IMG/VR virus record: IMGVR_UViG_3300030503_000573
Coordinates: 1 to 64,000 of that record
From: a virus
Length of the DNA stretch: 64,000 bases
Reading direction: 5' to 3' (one strand)
The translations under genes were made by a program, and so were the position numbers. Below are positions 9,465-18,248 of this stretch, one piece after another; within the stretch, counting starts at the first letter, position 1, and each line of letters starts with the position of its first letter. The notes beneath the pieces are model-generated. The model saw only the letters and a list, made by a program, of their open reading frames with translations, was not told where the DNA came from and did no database searches.

Positions 9465-9980
9465 CTACGGCGTCAGCCCCCACAGCGTGCCGACCTTCTG
9501 CGCCTCGCCCAGGTAGAAGCGCCCGTAAGGCGTCTGCAGCAGCTGGAGGTCGTCGATGGTCAGGTTCTCAAACGCCTTCGACACCGTCATGCTCTGCGAG
9601 GTGCCATCGTCGCCAGTCGAGTTGATGACCCCGGCGACGAACCCGTTGAGGTTCCACAGCGCCCGCCAGTAGGCGAAGTACGGCAGGGAATCTTCGCAGT
9701 TGGGCGGGTTCTTGTACGGCAGGGCGTTGGGCACGTCCGGACACCACTGGAACAGCCGGGCCGCCGCGAGGTTGTACACGCACAGCATGTACACCGGCCC
9801 AGGCACCTGCTGGAGCTGGGCGTTGACCTGGCCAAGGGCCCAGTTGTAGGTCCAGCCGATCCACTCCGACGTCGCCGGCAGCGAGACCGGCGGGATGCCG
9901 ATGGTGTCGTACAGGAAGGTGCTGTAGCCGGCCAGCGTGGGGCACGGCGTGAACACCATCTGCGGAGGGCAGGAGCCCAT
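9465..9980 (-). CDS. Head-to-tail adaptor (DUF4054-like)
   Basis: YNLAAARL...LLQTPYGRFYL motif; position after capsid. Confidence 0.75.
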   Translation of the reverse strand: MGSCPPQMVFTPCPTLAGYSTFLYDTIGIPPVSLPATSEWIGWTYNWALGQVNAQLQQVPGPVYMLCVYNLAAARLFQWCPDVPNALPYKNPPNCEDSLPYFAYWRALWNLNGFVAGVINSTGDDGTSQSMTVSKAFENLTIDDLQLLQTPYGRFYLGEAQKVGTLWGLTP

Positions 9981-10004
9981 GCGCCGGCCCTCCTGGGCTT
10001 CGTG

Positions 10005-10595
10005 CTACGCCGCGCGCCTCGCCGGGGCCTTGCCGCCCCGCTTGGGGCCGCCCTTCGGCGGAGCCTCACGGCGAACGCGGATGCCCTCCTCCAGGCGGGG
10101 GCCGTCGTCGTTGTCGCTCGGGCCCTCGACCTGCTCAAACTCGACGTCGACCTTGTCGGGCACCGCGATGTCGGTGTTCATCGCGGCGTTCATCTCCTCG
10201 ACCTGGTGCACGATGGCGTCAGACGAGACGATGGCCGCGTTGCGGCGGCGCACCTGGCCCTCGTGGGCCTTGAGGCCCTTGTTCATGCGGAAGATGTCGT
10301 TGATCTGGTTGGCCGTCATCTGGCGGCCCTCCTGGTAGATCAGCGTCACCACCGCGCGGCTCCGCTTGGCCTCCTCGGGCGTCTTGGCCCCGTAGGTCTT
10401 GAGCTGCTCGATGATCTCCGAGACCTGGGGCGGGGCGAGGTCGCCGTGGATGGGCTGCTGCTCGCCCGGGCGCAGGGGGGTGTGCTTGTTCCCCTGGAGG
10501 CGCGGGTTGAGCGGCATGCCGTCGGCGGCGAAGTCCAGGCGGTAGTAGAACCGCTGGTGCTGCCGGGTCGGGTTGGCGAGGAAAATCTTGGTCAT
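10005..10595 (-). CDS. Hypothetical protein (post-capsid conserved gene)
   Basis: KIFLANPTRQ N-terminus; GAGGGAG RBS. Confidence 0.6.
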   Translation of the reverse strand: MTKIFLANPTRQHQRFYYRLDFAADGMPLNPRLQGNKHTPLRPGEQQPIHGDLAPPQVSEIIEQLKTYGAKTPEEAKRSRAVVTLIYQEGRQMTANQINDIFRMNKGLKAHEGQVRRRNAAIVSSDAIVHQVEEMNAAMNTDIAVPDKVDVEFEQVEGPSDNDDGPRLEEGIRVRREAPPKGGPKRGGKAPARRAA

Positions 10596-10633
10596 GTCCG
10601 GGGCTCCCTCAAGCTGGACGGTGGGTGGGGGTC

Positions 10634-10656
10634 GGGCGCGGCGGCGAGCCGCGCCC
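10634..10656 (-). terminator. GC hairpin after major capsid gene (terminator or mRNA stabiliser; no U tract)
   Basis: GGGCGCGGC-N5-GCCGCGCCC inverted repeat just downstream of the stop. Confidence 0.4.
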
Positions 10657-10658
10657 GC

Positions 10659-11678
10659 CTAGCTGTACGGAACGGAGATGATGGTGGTCGCCTGGGGTCG
10701 CACCGGCCACCCCGAGGAGATGCGCCACTCGGTGAGGTAGTCGGTCGCCCCGCCGGCCAGGGGCGAGATGATCTCGCGCGGCGCGGCCATGTCCGAGTAC
10801 TGTGCGTTGCACGTCTTGTTGCCGCTCAGCAACTTGGCAAACTCGTTGGTGCTGGGCTTGCGGGCCGCCGGCTTGGTGAGCTCCGGCATGGTCAGGATCA
10901 AGGCGTCGGTGCCGCCAGCCCCGGCCCCGATGAGGGTGTCATCGTAGGTCCAGGTCAGCTTGTCGCCGTTCTTGAGCAGCACCTCCTTGAAGACACCGGC
11001 GGTCGAGTCAGTGCCCGCGCCCTGGCGCTGGTACTGGGTCAGCTGGACCACGTTGTACTCGAACAGCCCGAGCACCCGCTGCGGGCCGATGAGGGTGAAT
11101 TCCTTGCCGATGCCCAGCTGGAGGGTCCGGGTCTTGATGCCCGCGACCTCCTGCATGAGGAAGAAGGCGAACTCGCCGTTGTCGTAGCTCTGGGCCGTTG
11201 TGTGGCCCCACTGGTCGGGCGGCAGCGTGACGGCGAGCGCGCCGTTGGCGTTGATGATACCCTCGCCGTTCTGCGGGTTCATGCCGTGGATGCACGCATC
11301 GCGGGCAAGCTGGTAGTGGGCCTGGCGGGAGCCCAGCTGGTAGCCGTCGGGCACCGCGATGTTCCAACGGCCGCCGGCCGAGACGTCGTGGTGGTCCCAG
11401 TTTGACCGCACGCGGGTCAGGTAGGTCGCGGTCGAGAAGTACGAGGCGACCAGGTCCACGCCCGGCAGCTCATTGTAGCTCGACTGGCCGACCGCGATCT
11501 TCGTGCGGAGGTTGAGCTGGCGCATGTACACGGCCAGGTCGTCCTCGCCGAGGCGGGCCCTGATCTCCCCCTCAGAGAGGAGCTCGATGAAGCCCGAGGG
11601 CTGGGAGTACTGCAGCAGAATCTCGGGCTCGGAGAAGCTCGGGTCCACCGTGATGTATGCGGGGGCCTGCAGGGCCAT
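10659..11678 (-). CDS. Major capsid protein (DUF2184-like)
   Basis: 339 aa after scaffold and decoration genes; GIINANGA and C-terminal RISSGWPVRP motifs. Confidence 0.85.
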   Translation of the reverse strand: MALQAPAYITVDPSFSEPEILLQYSQPSGFIELLSEGEIRARLGEDDLAVYMRQLNLRTKIAVGQSSYNELPGVDLVASYFSTATYLTRVRSNWDHHDVSAGGRWNIAVPDGYQLGSRQAHYQLARDACIHGMNPQNGEGIINANGALAVTLPPDQWGHTTAQSYDNGEFAFFLMQEVAGIKTRTLQLGIGKEFTLIGPQRVLGLFEYNVVQLTQYQRQGAGTDSTAGVFKEVLLKNGDKLTWTYDDTLIGAGAGGTDALILTMPELTKPAARKPSTNEFAKLLSGNKTCNAQYSDMAAPREIISPLAGGATDYLTEWRISSGWPVRPQATTIISVPYS

Positions 11679-11744
11679 TGATGTCTTCCTCTGATGGAGG
11701 GGTGGGGACTAGGGCCTCGCGACCCCGGCGGAGGTGAGGCGGCT

Positions 11745-12608
11745 CTAGATTTGGATGACCGCGCAGGAGCCGTTGAAGTTGTAGTTCGCGGTGTTGGTCT
11801 CAGAGTCGTACTCGACGGTGAGGCACCCGGTCGGCTGGACGTCGAGCACCTGGACGTTGATGGCCACCCCGGTGGTCAGCGAGCCGCCGGTGATGGTCAG
11901 CGTCAGGCCGGTCGCGATGGTGTACGTCACGGTCGACCCGGTGGTGCCGGGGCCGGTGGTGAACGTGCCGTTGATGTCGGCGAACGAGCCGGTGCCGGTG
12001 GCAGACGAGACCGTGACGCTGTCGCCCGGCGAGAGGTTCGCCGCGCTGGCCAGCGTGAGGGTGACCTCGCCGGTGGTGGAGTTGTAGGTGCCGGACGAGA
12101 CGGTGATGGCGCCGGTCGCCGGGATCAACAGCTGGTTGACATAGTCCCAGGCCACTGCCGCCGCGAGCGGGCCGCCCCGCAGGTCGACGAGCGCCGGGTC
12201 ACAGGCCACCGCGATGCGGGCGAACGACCCGAACGGGTAGTAGTTGACCTGCATGCCGGAGCCCGACATCGGCACGTTGCTGTCCGGCTGAATGATGGCC
12301 GAGTAGTTCTGGTCAGAGACCGAGAACCCGGCCAGCGGGTAGGAGCCGCCGGTGTAGCTGGTGGCGCGGCCGATGATCGGCCCCATGCCCACGAACGGGC
12401 CGCCGGAGCCGCCCGGCACCGAGGCGTAGACCCCGCACCCACCCCACATGGGAATCGTCTCGCTGTTGGCGAGGTAGCCGCCCCTCAGCCGGAACCGGCT
12501 CGACGGGTCGGGGTAGGCCGTGCCTTGGACCAGGCCTGCGGCGCTGGCGTCGGCGAAGAGGCCCTGGCCCACACCGGTGGACAGGGGGAACGGGACGTTG
12601 GCGGTCAT
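11745..12608 (-). CDS. Head decoration/cement protein with inserted beta domain
   Basis: GLVQGTAYPDP...PMWGG...GSFARIAV motifs; between scaffold and capsid. Confidence 0.7.
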   Translation of the reverse strand: MTANVPFPLSTGVGQGLFADASAAGLVQGTAYPDPSSRFRLRGGYLANSETIPMWGGCGVYASVPGGSGGPFVGMGPIIGRATSYTGGSYPLAGFSVSDQNYSAIIQPDSNVPMSGSGMQVNYYPFGSFARIAVACDPALVDLRGGPLAAAVAWDYVNQLLIPATGAITVSSGTYNSTTGEVTLTLASAANLSPGDSVTVSSATGTGSFADINGTFTTGPGTTGSTVTYTIATGLTLTITGGSLTTGVAINVQVLDVQPTGCLTVEYDSETNTANYNFNGSCAVIQI

Positions 12609-12674
12609 GGGAGAGCTGCCTCTGCTGAGAGTGGGTTGTGGTTGGGCGGGGCGGCCCCCCGGCCGCGCCCGGGC

Positions 12675-13565
12675 TTAGGCGCGGTCGGCGACCGAGACGA
12701 CCGACTGGCGCGCCCCGTCCGCGAAGTCGTCCATCCAGGAGCGGGTGCGCCCGTAGTAGGTGCGCACCGTGTGGCCGCCGGGGGTGCGGTGCTCGTCGCA
12801 CCTCAGCACGCCCTCGGGCACCGAGATGGGGGCCTTGGCCACCTTGGCGGCGTCGGCGAAGACCTCGCGCTCGATGTTGTCGAAGGCGACGCCGTCAGAG
12901 ACGGCGTGGAGGTTGGCCTTCTCCCACGCCGGGGAGTGAACCTTGAGCTTGCCGACGATGCGGCGGCGGTAGGCCGGCAGGTCCTCGCCCAGAAGCGGAC
13001 GCGGCGCGTGGTCGCCAAAGGCGGCGAAGGCGGCGTCGGCCCGGCCCTGGTACTCCAGCATGTCGTTGTGGTCGCCGTCCGAGATGTTCTTGGGCACCAG
13101 ACGCTCGACGTCGGAGATGCGGCGGCCGAGCTTGTCGAGCTTGCCGAGCACCGCAGAGAAGGCGTCGGCCATCTCCTTGGGCATCTCGCCGTCCTTCATG
13201 GCGCCGTCCTTCTTCTTGTCGGCCACGACCTCCTTGGGCTCGTCTTCGCCCCGGTCTTCGCCCTCGTCCTTCTTGGCGTCCTTCTTGCCGTCTTCCTTGG
13301 CCTCCGGCTCTTCCTCGCCGTCGGCCTTCTTCTCGTCCGGCTCGTCCTCGCCGTCCTTCTTGTCTTCCTTGGCCTCGCCCTCCGGCTCGTGCTCACCGTC
13401 CTCGCGCTCCTCCAGGGCGTCGAGGCGCGAGCCGAAGTCGTCGAGCCGCGCGTCCAGCTTGGACAGGAACTTGTCCAGCATGGTGCCGCCGTCGGCATCC
13501 TTCTTGTCTTCTTCGCCTTCTTCGGCGTCGTGGCGGAACTCAGGCGCGAGGCGCTGGGTCATCAT
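12675..13565 (-). CDS. Capsid scaffolding protein
   Basis: Highly charged D/E/K low-complexity N-half; APRPLLGE..AYRRR C-half; follows protease. Confidence 0.75.
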   Translation of the reverse strand: MMTQRLAPEFRHDAEEGEEDKKDADGGTMLDKFLSKLDARLDDFGSRLDALEEREDGEHEPEGEAKEDKKDGEDEPDEKKADGEEEPEAKEDGKKDAKKDEGEDRGEDEPKEVVADKKKDGAMKDGEMPKEMADAFSAVLGKLDKLGRRISDVERLVPKNISDGDHNDMLEYQGRADAAFAAFGDHAPRPLLGEDLPAYRRRIVGKLKVHSPAWEKANLHAVSDGVAFDNIEREVFADAAKVAKAPISVPEGVLRCDEHRTPGGHTVRTYYGRTRSWMDDFADGARQSVVSVADRA

Positions 13566-14815
13566 GATCTCCTGCTGTTCTGTCTGCGTCGCCGGGCGGC
13601 CATGGACCCCAGCTGAGCATCAATGAGGGCTGCCTTGGCCGTCAGCAGCCGAAGTGTTGAGCTGTAGTCGCGGCGCGGGGCCGGCTCGGCGTCGGCCCGC
13701 ACAAGCTCGCGCTCGGCGGCGTCCGCAATCGAGATGCCCTCGCTCACGCCCTGCTTGTCCCAGACCCCAGCGGGCACCACCGCCAGGTGGTCCAGCAGCG
13801 AGGGGTGGCCCTCCAGCAGGAACGGCGTGCCGTCCTCCATCTGGAGGCGAGAGTTGACCCCGGGCTCGCGGAAGACGACCGCCGGGCTGGTGCTGAGGCC
13901 CTGCTCCACGATGGCGCGGGCTGCCGACTCGTCGTAGACCCGGGCGATGGCCCAGACCTCGCCGTCCTGCGGCCGCGCGCCGAAGCGCAGGTAGGCAAAC
14001 ATCAGCGCCCCGATGATGCGGTCGAGGAACTCCTTGGTGTCGAGCGTCGCCTTGTCCTTCGGGTGTGCCATGATCACCGGCAGGCCGGCACAGCGCGCGC
14101 AGAACTCGGCGTTCATGTAGAGCGCCGGGTCTCGCCACACGTACTCGGTGACCGCCGTGCGGTAGCTCAGCCCGGTGCCGGTGACCCGCATGGCGAAGAG
14201 CCAGCAGTTCTCATAGCGCTGGGGGCTCGTGAGCCGCCCGGCCATGATGGCGCGGGCCACGCCCAGCTCGTCCATTCCTCCCCGGTCGAGGGCCACCCGC
14301 GCCCCGGGGTGAAGCGGCTCGGGCGGCGCGCTCACGTCGGCCCAGCACCACGCCGTGTGCTCGTCTGAGAGCACCGGCAGGAACTCGCGCTCCACCTGGG
14401 CACGGAAGGTCGTGTAGTCAACGTCGTCAGACGGGGGCGGCGGAGCTGCCGTGGGGTCCGAAGCTGGTCGAGGGCCCAGAGGCGGCCCCACGGCGGCCCC
14501 CGCCTCGACGGCTTGCGCCGCCGCTGCAGCTACGGGGTCTTGTGTGCCGGCCGGGTCGGCGGTGTTGGCCTCGACCTCGGCCGGTGTCTCTCGCGGCGCG
14601 ATGGTTCGCACCCAGTCAGCCAGCTGGTCGACCGGCACCTTGAGGCCGCACTCCTCTGCGGTCTCGCGCACGGCGGCCTCGGCCGGGCCCTCGCCTTCCT
14701 CCAGCTGGCCGCCGGGGAACGCCCACTGGCCGGGATGGTCAGACCCCGGGCCACGGCGCAGGAACAGCGCGCGGCCGGCCGGCGTGGTCAGAAGGATGCC
14801 GGCGCCCTTAAGCAT
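13562..14815 (-). CDS. NUDIX hydrolase fused to DUF2213-like prohead protease
   Basis: Perfect NUDIX box GQLEEGEGPAEAAVRETAEECGL; C-terminal GLPVIMAHP...LSTSP...LDHLAVVPAGVWDK. Confidence 0.85.
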   Translation of the reverse strand: MLKGAGILLTTPAGRALFLRRGPGSDHPGQWAFPGGQLEEGEGPAEAAVRETAEECGLKVPVDQLADWVRTIAPRETPAEVEANTADPAGTQDPVAAAAAQAVEAGAAVGPPLGPRPASDPTAAPPPPSDDVDYTTFRAQVEREFLPVLSDEHTAWCWADVSAPPEPLHPGARVALDRGGMDELGVARAIMAGRLTSPQRYENCWLFAMRVTGTGLSYRTAVTEYVWRDPALYMNAEFCARCAGLPVIMAHPKDKATLDTKEFLDRIIGALMFAYLRFGARPQDGEVWAIARVYDESAARAIVEQGLSTSPAVVFREPGVNSRLQMEDGTPFLLEGHPSLLDHLAVVPAGVWDKQGVSEGISIADAAERELVRADAEPAPRRDYSSTLRLLTAKAALIDAQLGSMAARRRRQNSRRS

Positions 14816-14824
14816 GTGGTACTC

Positions 14825-15175
14825 CTAGCGGCCGGGGCCGCCGGAGCCCCTGATGGTGCCTGCCGCACGGCCGTTGGGCTGGGCGGCGGGGTCGGCAAGC
14901 GGTGCCTTGAGCGCGTGGGCGAACTGCTGGCGCTGGACCTCGCTCAGGTCTGCCAGCGCCAGCGTAAGCGTCATCATCGGCAGGGTCGAGGCCGTCGGGT
15001 CGGTGCCCAGCGAGGGCACGTCCCACCGAGAACCGGCCGCGATGTACGGCTTGCCCTCGACGACGACCATCTGGCCCAGGGGCGGGGTGTCAGGCCCGGC
15101 GCAGTACCCGAGCTGCTCCTCCTTCGCGCCCGGGCCGAGGCCAGACAGTGCGGTGATGCGGTACTTGATTGCCAT
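14825..15175 (-). CDS. Hypothetical protein
   Basis: 116 aa, GAGGGAG RBS. Confidence 0.55.
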   Translation of the reverse strand: MAIKYRITALSGLGPGAKEEQLGYCAGPDTPPLGQMVVVEGKPYIAAGSRWDVPSLGTDPTASTLPMMTLTLALADLSEVQRQQFAHALKAPLADPAAQPNGRAAGTIRGSGGPGR

Positions 15176-15211
15176 GTGGTGTGCGGCTCCCTCAAGCCGG
15201 TGGTGCGAAGT

Positions 15212-15379
15212 CTAGGTGCCTGTGTGGGCTCCGCCAAGCTGGGTGATCGCCCAGATGATCGAGGCTGCGAACCACAGGCCAAAGGCGATGAGCCGGGCCT
15301 TGGGCCAGGCCCCGGCCGCGTCGAGCAGCATGAACAGGAAGCCGACGACGACCAGAATGACGAACAGGATGGTGACCAT
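15212..15379 (-). CDS. Small two-TM membrane protein (55 aa, not in ORF track)
   Basis: AAGGAGG RBS; MVTILFVILVVVGFLFMLLD...IAFGLWFAASIIWAI. Confidence 0.65.
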   Translation of the reverse strand: MVTILFVILVVVGFLFMLLDAAGAWPKARLIAFGLWFAASIIWAITQLGGAHTGT

Positions 15380-15432
15380 GGGGTGGTCCTCCTTGCAGTG
15401 AGCCGCCCCCGGCTGTTGTGGTGTGAACGCGC

Positions 15433-16032
15433 CTAGCCGGCGTCGGCTCCCTCGGCGCGGCGGCGTTCCTGCTTGTTCTCGCGGCCCTCACGGTGGTGGC
15501 CGTGGGAGTCGTCCTTCCCGATGGGCCCGGCGCGCTTGTCGCCGAGGTTCTCCAGGCCGGCGTCCATCGCCGCACAGTCCCGCACCCGGCGCTCGGCCCG
15601 CCGCGTCGCCACCGCGTCACACCGGCGGGCGAGGCCGTCCAGCTTGGCGCACGCAGCGTCGAGGCGCTCGGCGGCGTCGGCGAGGTACTCGGGCTTCATG
15701 AGCGAGGCGGCCTCCCTGATGGCAAGCGCGACGGTGGAGGGGTCCTTGTTGATGTCCAAGTCCGCGTCCTTGCGCATCGGTGCCCTCCCGGCCAGCAGTC
15801 GGTTGATGGCGCTCACCTCACGACCGGAGAGCTTCTTGCCACCCGTCACGCCCGGAGTGTGTCCAGCCTTGACAGGCGTGTACTCGAAGCGGCCCTTGGG
15901 GGTGTCAGCGTCCATCTGCCCGTCCTTTCCCACAAACTCCTTGCCCACGGCCTGCGGCACCCCGCCGTAGCCACCCTTGGTGTGTGCGGCTGCCTCCATG
16001 AGGCGGTGCTGGGCCGGGCTCTTGGTGGGCAT
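15433..16032 (-). CDS. Putative internal head protein
   Basis: MPTKSPAQHRLMEAAAH...VPQAVGKEF N-terminus typical of head-associated proteins; repeated xxDA motifs. Confidence 0.6.
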   Translation of the reverse strand: MPTKSPAQHRLMEAAAHTKGGYGGVPQAVGKEFVGKDGQMDADTPKGRFEYTPVKAGHTPGVTGGKKLSGREVSAINRLLAGRAPMRKDADLDINKDPSTVALAIREAASLMKPEYLADAAERLDAACAKLDGLARRCDAVATRRAERRVRDCAAMDAGLENLGDKRAGPIGKDDSHGHHREGRENKQERRRAEGADAG

Positions 16033-16043
16033 CAGCAGACCCC

Positions 16044-16838
16044 TCAGTACTTCAAGGCTTTGGCCATATTGCGCTCGGCAGCCTCGGCGGCCTGCTTTGC
16101 CGCCTCCATCTTGCCCTCGCGCGCCAGCCCAGAGGCCATCTTAAAGCCCTCCTCTGCCATGCCGAAGTTTACGGATCGGCTCTGGAGGTTCTTCGCATAC
16201 TCACTGCTGAGGTCGATGCCCCTCAGCCGGCGAGCTATGTCAGCCATGTTTGAGTAGGCCTGCTTTGACTTCTGCAGCCAAACCTTGGCCTGCGGATCAA
16301 CCGCATCCCGCTTCCCCCGCCGGTTCAGCACCCGCTCGATAGCCTCGCGCTCCTTGGGGCCGAGGTAGTCGGAGGGCTTCTCGCCGTCGAGCCGCACGCT
16401 GCCTTGCTTCACCACCTCGAGCCGGCGCTCGGCGATGTGGACCGCCTCGCGCTTGGCCTCCTCGGCAGAGAAGGCCCGCACCTCGACCTTGATGGTGTGC
16501 TCGGTGCCGCCCTTGTCCATGCCGGTGACGTGGACGGTGAAGGGGGTGGCGGTGGTCTTGTCGCGCCGCCCGCTCCCGGTCACCTGGCTCTTCTGATACT
16601 CCACGAACACCTGGACCCGCTTGCCGTTGGGCATCTGGACCTGGCAGTGGCGGCCCTCGACCGGGTCCGAGAACAGCTCCCAGCGGCCCTCTCGCGCGCC
16701 GGCCTCCAGCTGGGCCTTGGTGCGACGCGTGTCGGCATCCCGCCGCGCCCGCCGCCGGGTGATCGCATCCGCTCGGGCGCTCAGCCCGTCGAGCTTGCCG
16801 ATGACGCGGTCGAAGCGGTCTTCGGTGGCTGCGTCCAT
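16044..16838 (-). CDS. Putative internal head protein
   Basis: 264 aa basic protein; KLDGLSARADA motif shared with neighbour and scaffold. Confidence 0.55.
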   Translation of the reverse strand: MDAATEDRFDRVIGKLDGLSARADAITRRRARRDADTRRTKAQLEAGAREGRWELFSDPVEGRHCQVQMPNGKRVQVFVEYQKSQVTGSGRRDKTTATPFTVHVTGMDKGGTEHTIKVEVRAFSAEEAKREAVHIAERRLEVVKQGSVRLDGEKPSDYLGPKEREAIERVLNRRGKRDAVDPQAKVWLQKSKQAYSNMADIARRLRGIDLSSEYAKNLQSRSVNFGMAEEGFKMASGLAREGKMEAAKQAAEAAERNMAKALKY

Positions 16839-17149
16839 CAGACTACCACCAGCTCAGGCAGCATGCGAACCGTCCAGATCAGCACCCGCGCCCGGTTGTG
16901 CCAGCTGAGGGTCGGCAGCTCGGTGAGCAGCATGCGCGCGACGGCCCGGCGCGCAGCCGAAGCCCAGAGCCGGCGCTGATAGCGACCCCAGGCCCTCACA
17001 TCGGCGTCGCTGAGGTCAAGTTCCTCTGCAGTCAGCATGCGGGGCGGCACGCCATAGGCGCGGCTCACCATGTCAATCAGGCGGTCAAAGACCTTGTCCC
17101 GGCTGCTGGGCGAGGCCGGGTCGTAGGCCACCGGGCCGTTCTCCACCAT
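16838..17149 (-). CDS. Hypothetical protein
   Basis: 103 aa with GGAGGG RBS, coupled to next gene. Confidence 0.5.
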   Translation of the reverse strand: MVENGPVAYDPASPSSRDKVFDRLIDMVSRAYGVPPRMLTAEELDLSDADVRAWGRYQRRLWASAARRAVARMLLTELPTLSWHNRARVLIWTVRMLPELVVV

Positions 17150-17159
17150 CAGGCCCTCC

Positions 17160-18011
17160 TCACTGACCAGCCGCCACCATAGCCTGGGCGCGCTCCAGCG
17201 CAGCTGCGCCTTTCTTTGTAAGACACTCCTTCGGCAGGTGCCTCAGGTTGTAGATGTACCGGTACCGGCAGCGGCAGAAGGGCTCCTCGGCTGGCCGGGT
17301 GACCTCGTCTGTGTAAAGGTGGCCCGCCTTGGCCACGAACCCCTGCTTCTCAGCCCAGGAGCCGCGCACCAGGTAGACCACCCCGTCACGCCGCTTGTGG
17401 TCAGGCCGGTAGTCATACCCCACCTCCCGCCAGTTCGAGTGCCACTCGGCCGCGATGGCCCCGCCGTCGGTCGCCACCACCTCGTTGACGCTGCTGACGA
17501 GCTTGTGACCCTGGTCGATGAGCACCCGGCGGTGCTCGTACGGCAGCTGGCGCAGCGGCTTGGTGATCTCCGCCTTCTGCTTGCGCTTCTTGGTCGTGTC
17601 CTCGGCCCCGCCGCGCGGCAGGCTCGTCCCCCACCCCGAGAAGCGGCGCAGGGTCTCCTCGACCCTCTGGGCCTTGTTGAGGCGGATGAGGTCCGCCGCC
17701 GCCAGTATGCGCCGGTCCAGCTCACTGCGAAGGTGCGGCTTGATGCGCTCCAGCGTGAAGCGGTCGAGCCCAAAGTGAAACCGGGAGATCGCCCCCCGGT
17801 CGACGTAGCGGCGGTAGACGGCCCCGAGCCCGGCGCGAAGCCAGCCCAGCACGGTCTCGTCTGAGGCAGTGGACGCCTCGGCAGCCTCGCGCAGCCGACG
17901 CTGCCAGTACAGCAGCCGCTCGGGGGTGTCGAAGCCGTGCTCGACCATGTCGCCGACGGCGGCCGTGACCACCTCGAAGTAGCTCGCGCCCGGGGGTGGC
18001 GGGGCGGGCAC
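17160..18011 (-). CDS. Head morphogenesis (MuF/gp7-like minor head) protein
   Basis: After portal; IDQGHKL...YRPDH...PAEEPFCRC motif. Confidence 0.8.
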   Translation of the reverse strand: MPAPPPPGASYFEVVTAAVGDMVEHGFDTPERLLYWQRRLREAAEASTASDETVLGWLRAGLGAVYRRYVDRGAISRFHFGLDRFTLERIKPHLRSELDRRILAAADLIRLNKAQRVEETLRRFSGWGTSLPRGGAEDTTKKRKQKAEITKPLRQLPYEHRRVLIDQGHKLVSSVNEVVATDGGAIAAEWHSNWREVGYDYRPDHKRRDGVVYLVRGSWAEKQGFVAKAGHLYTDEVTRPAEEPFCRCRYRYIYNLRHLPKECLTKKGAAALERAQAMVAAGQ

Positions 18012-18248
18012 CTACCCACCCCTGTCGTTCAGCTGCCGGTACGCCCGGGCGAACGCGTCAAAGCTCGCCTCGACCATCATGAGCGCCTCTTCCCTCGCGT
18101 CGTCGGCCTCGGCGTAGCGGGCCTGCCCGCTCAGCTGGTGGAAGATGGCGCTCAGGTCGTTGAACTTCATGAAGGCGATGCGGCCCTCGGCGATGTGGCT
18201 CATCGGCTCGGGGCGCTCTTCCCTCACCCACGGCTTGTTCTTGCTCAC
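18012..18248 (-). CDS. Hypothetical protein
   Basis: 78 aa, overlaps portal stop. Confidence 0.5.
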   Translation of the reverse strand: MSKNKPWVREERPEPMSHIAEGRIAFMKFNDLSAIFHQLSGQARYAEADDAREEALMMVEASFDAFARAYRQLNDRGG

